From Psilocybe cubensis (lineage: Eukaryota): 64,000 nucleotides of DNA. The stretch is from NCBI GenBank assembly GCA_017499595.2, contig CM039004.1:2294001-2358000 (forward strand). The letters are read 5' to 3'. The translations under genes and the position numbers were made by a program. This document shows positions 48,101 to 59,098 of the stretch, piece by piece (the first letter of the stretch is position 1; the number at the start of each line of letters is the position of its first letter). The notes beneath the pieces are model-generated. The model was not told the DNA's origin, made no database searches, and worked only from the letters and a program-made list of their open reading frames with translations.

Positions 48101-49706
48101 TGTCGCCGCCGGCTGCGCCGAACCCGCGCTCTGTGAAATCTGATGCCGCGCACGAGATGTCGCTCTGGTCGCCCTCTTCACCCATCGATGACGCAAATGG
48201 TGAATGCGCATGACTGAAGCCGTTGCGTGGCGCGCTGTTGAACCCAGCGGTCCCCGACGAACTCTTGCTGGAGATCGAGTCGGTGTCTGACAGATTGGCA
48301 AAGAACAAGTCGGCGTCAAAGCTGGACTCATCCTCCTCCTCTGACCAGCCAGTTGCGAGACCAACATAGCGGTGGCGATGATCGTCGGTGCTCTCTCCTT
48401 CTTCTTCATCCTGCATCATCTGCATTTGCATCTGCGCGAGTTGCATCTGCGCAGCAGACGATCCCAGTGTGACATCCTCCTCCGTCTCCTCATCCTCATC
48501 CTCACCCTCCGCATCCGCCTCGTCGTTATCCGCATCTGCCTCGTCTTCATCTTCATCTTCGTCGTCGTCTTCCTCGGTCGCATCGCTATCCACGTCCATC
48601 TCAACGTCGCTCGGGCCAACGCTCTTCTTGCGAGGGCGGATCACCCAGTCGTTGTTCCGCCCTCCATTCCGCTTCTCGCCACCGCCCAAAAGCTCGCGCT
48701 TAACGCGCGCCTTGTCATGCACGTCCGCGAGAATAAAGCTCTCCTCCTCTGCCTCGATGTCCGAGTCCGAGTCAAACTCTGACAGCGACGACGAGGACGA
48801 GGATGAATTAGTCGACGAGAGGGAGGAGGAGAGGGCCGAGGCAGATACAAAGGTCGGGAGGTCGGCGACGGCCATGACCGTAGGAGCGGCACCCGCGTTT
48901 ACATTTTTGCGGTGCAGCACATGGGGGCCCGCCAAGGCCATGGCGACGTCAGAGTCGGACGAGAGAGACGAGGTCTCGTCGTCGCTCTGGAGCACGCGCT
49001 TCTTCTTGACAGGCTTCTTGCGCGCGTGTGGGTGAGAGAGGGCGCCTGGACGGGGCTTGATGTGGTTGTTGTGAGTCTGGCTCGGGCGGGCCTTGATTGA
49101 CTTTGGATGTTTGCCCGGGGCGGCTGTTTTGGGGTTGAGAGGCTTGTACGGGGGCGAGCGGGCGGAGGCATAGAGGGTGGATGTATGCTGCTGATTCTGG
49201 CGGGCGAGAGACTTTGGGGGGCGACCGCGCTTTTTGGGGGCGGGGGCCGTGCTTACTGGGGCCGAGGATGCAGGGGGGTCTGAGGCGCTGGTGTATCCGG
49301 CGTTTGCGTAGTCGGACGTCGTCTCTGCGTGATTCTTGTACGATTTTGCTGCATGGGGCGGTTGGGACTGACGGCGCTTTGCCAGGAGACTGGGTGGGAC
49401 TGTGAGTTTTATCTTGAGCGATGGCTTCGATGTGGATGTGGACGAGCTTGTGCTGGGTGTGGATGTGGGTGCCGATGAGGATGGGTAGGGTGGGCCAGAG
49501 GAAGAAGAGCTGCGGGACGAGGAGCCCGCTGCATACATGAGACTGAGCTCTGCCATGGAGAGGGGGACGCCGGGCTTGGGAGTGGGTGGGGGTGGGCGGG
49601 GAGCAGCATGGGTTGGGGGATGGCAGGTGCACTCGCCGTCGCAGACAGGACAGATGTCGCTGTCGTCGCCGTCGTCGTCTATCGTATAGGAATGTGGAGG
49701 CGACAT
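45199..49706 (-). CDS. Large acidic, low-complexity nuclear protein (~1417 aa) with Cys motif and AT-hook; possibly Ifh1/Crf1-like coactivator
   Basis: Two exons, 49706-46698 and 46443-45199 (intron GTGAGT..CAG, 254 nt, phase 0). CPVCDGECTC; KKRGRPPK AT-hook; D/E tracts; FDADLFFANL; GDTTDEE..EDDLP; LARWDMISVGAFR; basic NLS-like runs. Confidence 0.8.
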
Positions 49707-52624
49707 GGGAGGGGCTGTTTGTGTTGGATGGACTGTGGGGTGGTGGTGGTGGTGAGTGTCAGAAAGAGAGGAAAAGAAAGAGACATACAGAAAGAGTTTT
49801 TGTGCATGTTGGTGGATGTATATTGAACATGAGGATGGGACTTGATCCAGATTGAAGCGCTTTGAAATGGACTCGCAGAGAGCGTTGCTGCCCTAGCAAT
49901 GGATGCTCGGCAGGCGGAAGACAAGAACAGAGATCAAAAAAATTCGCTTTTTTCTTCCAAATTGACCGCCAATATTTATCCCCATTTGGTGATCAGATAT
50001 CTGTCTTGTGACCTCTTTCTCCTAGACATGTGTGATCGTAGCGCCTCGAGGCGACACCAACGCCATTTGTGCGAGGTCTCTCCCAACACTCGGTTCCCTG
50101 CAAATTCCACAACTCTCTGCTTCTAACCTGCTTCACCTGGACCGAGTCCGAGTCCCGACGCAGCAACCTCGACTCGCTTCGGGAATAGTCCCCGTTCAAC
50201 CAGAGTCGCTTATTGCTTAGCTTCGTCTAAAGCTTCCTCTACAATTGCCTCCTCATTCAACAAACATCGTCCACGTATCCTCCCAATCTTCAACTCACTT
50301 TCTAATTCTAAATATACCAAACGTCGAGTAATTAGCTTCAACTCGGCTAGATGCCTTATGTCCGTCTTCCCATGTGAACTCACTCAGGTTCATTACTTCT
50401 GCGAGCCTTGTCCCTGTCCTCCTCCATCCTATTTCAATTTACAAAGAACCCTGATCACGATCACGAACCGCGATAGCCATTATATCACACCTTATATCTA
50501 CCTGATCATCGCTTGATCATCATATTATCTTCATCATCAGAATTCACTCCAGAGATAACTTTTGCGTTCTGGGGTTCTGGGCTTGGGGTTTTAAAGCCCT
50601 GCCTGTCTTCCAATGCCAATGTAAACGTCACCGCGCGTGTGCCAACTTGATACTAGCTTAATCTTGCAATCACCTGCGCGCTGAAAGCTGTAGCATGTCC
50701 ACGAGCTGATCATCTCTGACCCTGAAGTCTGACAGCATTCGCAAACAACATACATAAATCCTCAAACACTTTTTCGCCCCCTCCACAAACTATAAATAAC
50801 CACAGTCTACCCCCACACACCCTCCACCAACTCCCAAAAAAAGAAACATTACACACGCCCACGCGCGTTGGATAATATTGGCACGTACCCGCCACAATAA
50901 AGTTCACAAGTCCAACTTGTCAACTCGACACTGGATCCGACCACGTCCAGCGCGCTCCTAGCGGCCAAGAATCAGACAGAAGCAAGCACGCGACAATACA
51001 TTCTGCCCGTTCAGAACGACATAAACAATGAACATTGAACATTGAATAGCTATAAAGCTCCCTGACTGAGCTCGGAGGCAGACAAGCTCTGAAATGGCCC
51101 ACAAGCTTAAGAACCTTCCAAGCGAGCTCGACGTCCACGTCGAATAACGCCATGTCTTCTATTTACCTCTATCTCTCTCTTCTGAATCCAAGACTCAATC
51201 GTACTGAAGGCTACCAATGAACGACAACGACCGCCCCTAACTACTCACTCACTTAGCCTGACAGCATCACCTTCCTCAAACTTTCCACACCTACCGACCC
51301 GAACAGGCTAACAGGCTACACATCCATCTCCATCTAACCGGCACAAACGAGCAACCCGCAACCCGCAACCCGCAACAGGCAAGAATCAACAAATCGCAAG
51401 CCAGAACCAGAACATAACAAGCAACCGCGGCCGCGGCCGCGACTGACAGCACGCGAGAAACATGGAGAAATACACGGGCGTACCTTTTTGCTTTTACGCT
51501 CTTACCCTTTTTCGTTTTTCGCTTTTCGCTTTTTTTGATTAGTCGTGCGCGTGAGGTTTAGCGGCGCTGCTTTTCGGGTGTTCCCAGAATCCCAGTCCCA
51601 CATTGTTGAATCGCTGATCATGATTCATGATATTCCCACTCCCAGTTAAGTTCAGTTGCTGATCATATTTCAAAACCAAATACCAGCGAGTGATGAGGAA
51701 GTATCAGGTATCAAGTGCACTATAGCTATCAAGTATAAAGTTAGGGGTCGTAAGTCTATCAGCGCATCACTGAAAATATATTATTTCTCCTCAGACCACC
51801 TACGTTCATTCAAACTCCAAAGCTCATATACATAGTCCAAGCTCCAAGCTCCATACTCCAACCTCATCCTCACCCAAAACCAAAACCACCAAGTCCGTCA
51901 TACGCCACACCGTCTATTTTTGGATATGGTCACTTTTTCACTTTTTCACTTTTGACTCTTTTGGCTCTTTTTCGCTACAAAAAAAATGCTTTGTGATCAT
52001 TTCCACCAAATTTTCATCAATTTTCATCAGTATATGGATTTGTCGATCCGCACACGTGGGCGGGACGGAACCATACGACCACACGACACGGCACGACGCG
52101 TAATTTGTGTAATTTCCAAAGATGATTTTCCAAGGCTTTGATTGATTGATGTTTTATTGCTGTGCGGCTCATTTATCTTATCTTAATGCTGGATTATCAA
52201 GTTATAGTGAGATGGAAGTGGAGGTGGAAAGGGACTCGTACTTGTGGAGGGCACACTTACTAGAGTAAAATAGATGATATACACTGACAGGCGTAGTGGG
52301 CCCTCAGGCCTCAGGCCTCAGGGAGGAGTCAGACTCCATTCTATAGCAATTAGCACGCGTGGGTGGGGTGATATCTTAAAAAATCACAATCACACCACCA
52401 CCACTGGCAGGCTGGCACGCCGCCCACACCCACACCACGCCCTCCCTCCAAAAAATCTCACCATACTTACCCATCCATCAACCCATAACTTAATACACAT
52501 CCAGCAAATGATCATGCAGGAACGCAATACTACTAACTGATTACCTCTAATTACGCATGCAAGTTATAACCTGTTATAACGCGCGCTTCCAAGGCAAAAT
52601 ACAAATTTCACCTTGATCACGACC

Positions 52625-52866
52625 AAAAAGCCCGCTTTTTCAAATTCGACGATACATTCGGACCTGGTCGCCGTCTGCCGCATCTGCCGCGTCTGCCGTC
52701 TGCCGTCGCCGTCACCATCTCCCGTTGCCCATCCCCGTTTCGCCGTCTCGCGACTGGTGTTGTCCAAAGCCATGCTATGTGTACAACGGGTGTCTCTGAC
52801 CCCCTCTAAATTCGGGCCTGGTCGCTGTCTCCCGTCTCCCGTCCGCCATCACCATCATCTCCCGTC
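52625..52866. repeat. Dispersed repeat R1 (CCGTC-rich), with an internal partial duplicate at ~52810-52866
   Basis: aaaaagcccgcttttttcaaattcgacgatacattcggacctgg...ccgtctgccgtcgcc..accatctcccgtt matches 55733-55832. Confidence 0.7.
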
Positions 52867-53175
52867 AAAACGTATCGCGATTTTGGAAGAGAATCACTCA
52901 TGTATAAAACGGAAATTTATTGTATTGGGAGGTGATGCAAAACTAATTAAATCTGGGTTTTAGAACGTATGTAGGCGCGTTTTCCAAAGTTACAAAATGA
53001 GAAAGCGTTGAAGAAAAAAATGTTGTTACAGAATAGCTAGCGCGATCACTTGAACCACGGTGGTCCAAACCGACTCAGTGAAGTCGTTCAGATGTTAGTA
53101 CGTTCCCGTCTCGATTCATTCTCAATTGTCCTGGATATTCGTGTAGATCACAGGCAATGAGATGTTTACTGATAT

Positions 53176-54120
53176 TTAGTCTTGAGAGACAGTGTGGCGA
53201 AGGTCCCAAGTCGTCACGCCATAGTACCTTCCTTCCGTTTTAACCTCCACGCCCGTTTCCTTGGATTTACTGTAAACGGTTATAGGGATATCCAGGTCAG
53301 ATCGCGTAACACTCGAGATAGCTCTGACGACAGTGTGTGCAGGGGCAGTAACAGGGAACCTGGCCGTGTACGCTTTGGACGTAGTCGTCGAAGAGCCCCA
53401 AGTAAACGTCGACGTGCTCGTTATCTCCGTCGAAATCTTGCCCTCCGCAATGAACGGCACACCCGTCGTGAACGTCGCCCCAACCTTGATGGAGAACCCC
53501 TGCGCAAATTGGAACGTCGACGTTTCTTGCGTAGATACGTTGATCGACGCCTCCGAGGTCTGGGACGTGTCAGTGTCGTTTTTCAACGATTGAGTGGCGA
53601 TGACGATGGGCGTGGAGCTCAAGATCTTGCCTTGATCGACGTGATATTCGACGTGGTCGATGATAGTATCTTCGAATATGAAAGAGAAGTACTGGTCTGC
53701 ATACTTTTCGCCCGTGCTATTGTAGTTGGCTACTTGTGGGTCCCTAGTCGTACGCGAGACCCAGGCAAGGGAGTTGCTGGGGCAGACTATGCGGAAGAAA
53801 GTCGAAAATGTCCCGCTTCCGACTTCGAATTTAAACCAGTTGTCGCGGTACTTGCCATCTCCTTCGATATGCCCGATAGTAGGATTTGGCGATGGCCTCG
53901 AAAAAAGTACTTTTCCGGTTTTCTTGCTTTTGATGGCGTATTGGCCGGCATATTCTCCAGTACCGTGGATAAGCTGGAAGAGCTGATCATCATATTCCGG
54001 CCCCATGTGGTAGTGCCACACATAGGGCTCGAATGTGTCCCTCGAGAAAAGAACAAGATTGCTACTGTAGCCAAGAAGTCGAAAATAAAATTTTTCGGGG
54101 GGAATGTACAAGTCTGGCAT
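53176..54120 (-). CDS. LSL-type hemolytic lectin: beta-trefoil lectin plus aerolysin/ETX-MTX2-like pore-forming module (314 aa)
   Basis: MPDLYIPPEKFYFRLLGY..LIHGTGEYAGQYAIKSKKTGKVLFSR..DNWFK..DQYFSFIFED..GKILSSTP..GFSIKVGATFTTGVPF..WDLRHT closely follows Laetiporus sulphureus LSL as recalled. Intronless CDS, no signal peptide. Confidence 0.92.
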   Translation of the reverse strand: MPDLYIPPEKFYFRLLGYSSNLVLFSRDTFEPYVWHYHMGPEYDDQLFQLIHGTGEYAGQYAIKSKKTGKVLFSRPSPNPTIGHIEGDGKYRDNWFKFEVGSGTFSTFFRIVCPSNSLAWVSRTTRDPQVANYNSTGEKYADQYFSFIFEDTIIDHVEYHVDQGKILSSTPIVIATQSLKNDTDTSQTSEASINVSTQETSTFQFAQGFSIKVGATFTTGVPFIAEGKISTEITSTSTFTWGSSTTTSKAYTARFPVTAPAHTVVRAISSVTRSDLDIPITVYSKSKETGVEVKTEGRYYGVTTWDLRHTVSQD

Positions 54121-55236
54121 CGTAACAGTGATATTTCTGTAGTTCAATTAGCATATTTTCTCTGATCGTCTAAAAAAACGAAACTGACAGTTTGAGAGTG
54201 TAAATCCAAAGTGATATGTGTCGTAAAGCGGGTCAAAGAATCAATCTATATAAAATTGATATTGATTCAGACGTAAGCCATGAACGAATTATCAGAAAAC
54301 ACTTACTGTGGCACAGTTGCTAGCGTCGTCCTTTGTAAAAAGACACGGCGGAAACTTGTGCTATGTGATATCTTGGTTTGGTGTCGTCCTTTTATATGTA
54401 TACCTCTCGGCCTCGTAATTTCAACGAGATAAAAAGAAGCGCTTAACTCCACTACACCTCGCAGGGTCCTCAACATTCCGGGGTTTTGACGACCCTCTTA
54501 ATTAATTTTGACATACCGTCACGTACACGAGGTCTATAAAATGAATCTTTTCTATTAAACCAAGTTCGCATCCATCTGAATGACCTGAGAATGGATTTCA
54601 GCGCGTCAATGTCAATCAACTTGTTATCTAATCCTTATTTACTTTGTGTTCTTTCCGAATTGTTGGTTACTCGGAACATCAATAAAACTAGTCATGTCAG
54701 AATGTACAGTAGGGCGTCGAACATAAAGCCTGACCTTAATGGACATAAATTGGAATTAAAACAAAAAAGAGCAGTCTGACAGTAACACATGGCAGCTAAA
54801 ATCACAGCATGTTCGGAGAATAACATCGACCGAAGCTTTAAAAACCTTGTAATTAGTACTGAGCTCTTTAAAACAAAGACAATGCCAAGGTGTTTTTGGT
54901 ATCAGTGGCCCTAAACAACTATATTTAGGCTGTTTTTATATTATGTGTCCAACTTTCTCTTATCATTGAAGTTCGCTGGACCAGAAGGACAGCTCTAGAA
55001 GCAGGGACATTGACCGTCAGATGCCAACTTTTGCTTCCGGCATCAAAACCGTGACAGTGGACATGTCCATTGCCGGACTCCCGGTATATAATAAACTTTT
55101 ACAAAGGCCTCGTAATGTTGTGTTTGTGATCAGGATGAGTTCTGAGAAGGAAGGAAGCATACAAGGATGGATAGCTCCTCCGATGAATGATAGAGATAGT
55201 ATAACAAATTGGAAATGACCTTTGCACCCGGCCTTT

Positions 55237-55621
55237 GGTATTGATGGGCGCTTAGTAGGAATGCTGGGCGCCTATTAATCGATCGCGGATTGCATGTACA
55301 TTACATTGATTATCTCTAGTGATAGGTGTTAGCACATTTTGATACAGTGGTAAGTGCATGCCGAGACCCTCTTTTTCTGTGCGGCACAATCTCCGAGTCT
55401 AAACTCTGGTAATATATTTTCCAGAGTTGAGGTAAAATCTCCATCAATTAAATTCTGAAAGTTGACGGGTGTGTAAGTCATATATATGTTTATTCAAAAG
55501 TACACGTACATGTAGGCTACCTTTAAGGTGCAGAGCATCTCAAAGGGATTCGTACTAGGGTTGCTTCGCTACCTTTCAGTACGCCTAATTGGCGCGACGC
55601 GACGCTTTTAATCACGTGGTG
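55237..55621. repeat. Dispersed repeat R2, copy a (~385 bp)
   Basis: Colinear with 57431-57824 from ggtattgatgggcgcttag through tgaggtaaaatctc to ctaattggcgcgacgcgacgc..taatcacgtggtg. Confidence 0.85.
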
Positions 55622-55732
55622 CTATATATGAGTCATGACATAACAGACAAATTTAGGGGTGAAAAGGTGAAAAACACCTTTCCTCCCCGAAATCAGCGGC
55701 AAAACCTGTTCAAACGATTAATACCGAAGTCG

Positions 55733-55832
55733 AAAAAACCCGTATTTTTTTCAAATTAGACGGTACATTCGGGCCTGCGTCTGCCGTCGCCTTGACCATC
55801 TCCCGTTTCGCCATCGTCCCCCGTCCCCCGTC
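55733..55832. repeat. Dispersed repeat R1, second copy
   Basis: aaaaaacccgtatttttttcaaattagacggtacattcgggcctg..cgtctgccgtcgcc..accatctcccgttt; a direct repeat of 52625-52748. Confidence 0.7.
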
Positions 55833-57430
55833 TACAGCTCACCACAACGTTGGCTCTGGCCATATCCTGGATCGAAGCTGACGCGCACAAGTTCGCGTCC
55901 GTCCCTGCACCTGTGGGCGTAAAGTTATTTAAAACATAATTATCCTCATTGCTCAGACAGCGTCTCGCACATCGCGCACTGGCAGCAGGGGCAGTGGGCA
56001 CTTTGCCAATCGCACCACCCACGGGCCACCGTAGCCCACAGCCCACACCACACACATGCACCGCGCGTATCCATACATTGCGTAAATTGTAATAGCCCGC
56101 GCTACATTTTGATTTATTGCGTTTTATCGCGTATGTAGACAAATTTCGGAGCTGCGCTATTGATTAGCCTTTACTGTATTATATATAATATTAATAGCCG
56201 CGCGGAGCCGCACGTACTGATTATTATTATTGCTTCAAGTTTATTGTCTGGGTTGAGTCAACGCGTGTCAATCCCTGTCAATGGCAGAGATGGAATGACT
56301 TGGGTTATATCCTTGTAATTCCCTAAATTCTAGTCATGCAATACGCACGAAAATCCAAAGTTCAGAATATGTACATTTAAAAGGTCGCGTAATAGCACGT
56401 TCCATGACGCAACAGGGGTGTTGGTTATAGCCACAATTGGGCAATCTCCTATAACTAACCATTCTCTCCGTCTCTCCGGGAAAAGGAAATGTAGAAGTTC
56501 ACCTCGCACATGCAACGCAATCGTATATCTCATCCTCATCCTCGAGTTTTGTTCGTCGGACTCGAGATATCGACGGCACTATCTCTACCATCATATGAAC
56601 ACCGCAAGCACACCGACAACATGTCGTACTTCGTCGAACACAGACACGGAAAGTGCTGGAATCAAATGCAAATGAATCCAGCCTCCTAACACGACAACAA
56701 CTCCTAGCTCAAGAGCGTTAGATCTATTCAGCCTGGTGTATATGATATACGCACATCGTCCGACGCATAACCCCTGTATTAGGAGTCATAACAGTGCGAA
56801 TCGCAGCGGGAACGGTTGTGCGGTATCGGAATAGTGCAGCTAACACGTCTTATAATGATAAAGAGCTGACCGGAAATCAGTGTTCCAAAACCGCGAATAA
56901 TGGGAAATTTTCACTCATCTGATGCAAAAATGTGTTGATCATTGTTGCTCTATCGTGCTAATTAAACGCATTGTGTCACTATTACTAAACCACATTATTT
57001 AATTCCAGCGTTATGATTAGCTGTAACTTGACCACTCATCAATCGGTGTTAGGATAACCTGGGCTTTTTCGAAAGGATATCCAATGATATGACGATTTGG
57101 TCGATCATGATCTAAACCTTATAACCTAAACCCGACCTATCAGATCAAAAGAGGACCCTAGCTGCAACCACGTTGCGTGCTTACCCTGCAGCTCAACATA
57201 CCCCAAGGGCCTGGATTAAATTTTAGAACGTTCTCATCATAAAAATGAAGATATCATCAACCCGGGTTAGTCGGGTTCGCTCATGCTTTCACTGCCAAAA
57301 TATCTTGACCGACCGTGATCAGCGTGAGTTTTGAGCAAGCTGAAAATATGCAGATTCAAACGTATCTTTTGGATGGATGATGGAGATAGTGGGATAGAGT
57401 GGTGACGTTTTTTATTTGCATCGTTTCGTG

Positions 57431-57824
57431 GGTATTGATGGGCGCTTAGACGTTTTGGGCGTTTATTAATCAATCGCGGATTGCAATTCATTATACCTCC
57501 TCTATCTAATAATAGGTATTAGTGTATATTATTACAGGTAAGTTCGGGGAGTAGCCTCTTCATTTTGCGACACATAAGCTTTAAACTCTGCTTCGTAACG
57601 CATTGTCCACAGTAGTACCAATTTAATTTCTAGAAGGGTGAGGTAAAATCTCTATCAATTAATTTCCGAAATACAACGGGTATATAAACTATATTTAAGT
57701 TTATTTAAAAGGTACAAGCATGTACATTTCCATGTTAGGTGCAGAGTATTTCAAATCACGGTTTCTTCGATACGCCCTAATTGGCGCGACGCGACGCGAT
57801 TTGTATTATTATAATCACGTGGTG
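57431..57824. repeat. Dispersed repeat R2, copy b; forms the upstream region of the Hsk3-like gene (CGCG/MCB-like and CACGTG motifs)
   Basis: Direct repeat of 55237-55621. ggcgcgacgcgacgcga and cacgtg lie ~230-265 nt upstream of ATG 58048. Confidence 0.85.
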
Positions 57825-58047
57825 GTGTATGTGGGATGTCTCGTGATCTGTCAGCGAAGAGTTGAACGGGACGCGCTTCTGACTCTCAGTCTCGACCACC
57901 ATTACTCGCACACGACACAACCACATACCTCGCTTCCTCTCTACCCGAGACCTTCCTCAAGTCCCCATATAGATACCTGTATCCCCAATCACTCTCACAA
58001 TCACCCATCCCTCCAATCCCCAAGAATCTGAATCCACTAGCAGAGCA

Positions 58048-58464
58048 ATGAGCAACGCCAACAACGCCGCTCCCACAAACGCCACGCAGATGAAGGAGAG
58101 GCTGTACGCGCAGTTGGCCGCCAGCCTGGGAAGAACCTCGCGCGCGATCAGCCAGACGGCCGATCTGTGTGAGCAGCTCCAGGTGGATCTGCACGCGATG
58201 AGAATATTCGCGGGCCTGGACGCCGCGAAGTGAGTGTTTCGATGTTGGTTCTGCTTTTCGTCCCATAAATCCATTTGTCCTTGCATCGTTTTTCTTGTCT
58301 TGTCTTTTGTCTTTTTCAAAATCGCGGATTTGTTTACTTAATGTGGTTTTTGTTCTAGGTTTATGACGGTCGCTGCTCAGCTTAATCCTTCTGACCAAGA
58401 AGAAGATGGAAATCAAAGTGATATCATTCAAGATTCAAAGAAAGCAAATGCTCAAAAGGACTAA
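58048..58464 (+). CDS. HSK3: DASH/Dam1 complex subunit Hsk3-like (95 aa)
   Basis: Exons 58048-58229 and 58359-58464 (GTGAGT..TAG). KERLYAQLAASLGRTSRAISQTADLCEQLQVDLHAMRIFAGLDAAKFMT is a short coiled coil ending in the MR...FM pattern recalled for Hsk3. Confidence 0.65.
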
Positions 58465-59098
58465 ACATGATTCTTATGCAACTCCAAACCCAAGCTCTCA
58501 GGCTCAATCTTCATCCCCAAAGACCAAAGAACCATTCGTAACGTTATTCCATCGATATTCCCAAAGACAAGCCGCACTGCTGCAACTTTAGCGTCGGCTA
58601 ATCGCCTCGAGGACAAACACAATGCACGAATGCACATTGTGCAATAAATACAAGGCATGGCGAAAGTGCCACACTACTGAAGAATGTCGAACGACTCAAA
58701 AATGGGATTAAGCGGCAACTGATTTCGCCGATTTTTTTGTTCCCTCCGTCGACATTTCTCGGATCCTTTCAGATTGATGCTCATTGCGTGGGATCGCAGC
58801 TTTATGCACCTAGTGAATCGGCTACTGCTGGTATATCCTTCCTCGACTTCGACTTCGACATCCACGCCACCGTCCACTACTATTCCATGCTTTCGAATGA
58901 TTCATATTTGATTGTGTATCTTCGGCCCAACTGACCGGTGTTATGTACAAGAATGACAAGAATGCTATGTGTATAATACAGGGCAGTTGATGTGTGTAGT
59001 CCAATGGGTAATAAAGGCTCGCCAGATAGAATACATTAGGAATAACTGTTACCAATATGTTGAGAAAAGAAAGAAGTAGATCAGTAGGGGGATGAAAA

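Noticed and set aside
45280-49035. Long plus-strand ORFs (239, 296, 458 and 215 aa) opposite the large acidic gene
   Set aside because: Antisense shadows of GC-rich, low-complexity coding sequence.
53182-54165. 327-aa plus-strand ORF spanning the lectin gene
   Set aside because: It is the codon-register antisense shadow of the lectin CDS, with no recognisable motifs; codon bias explains it.
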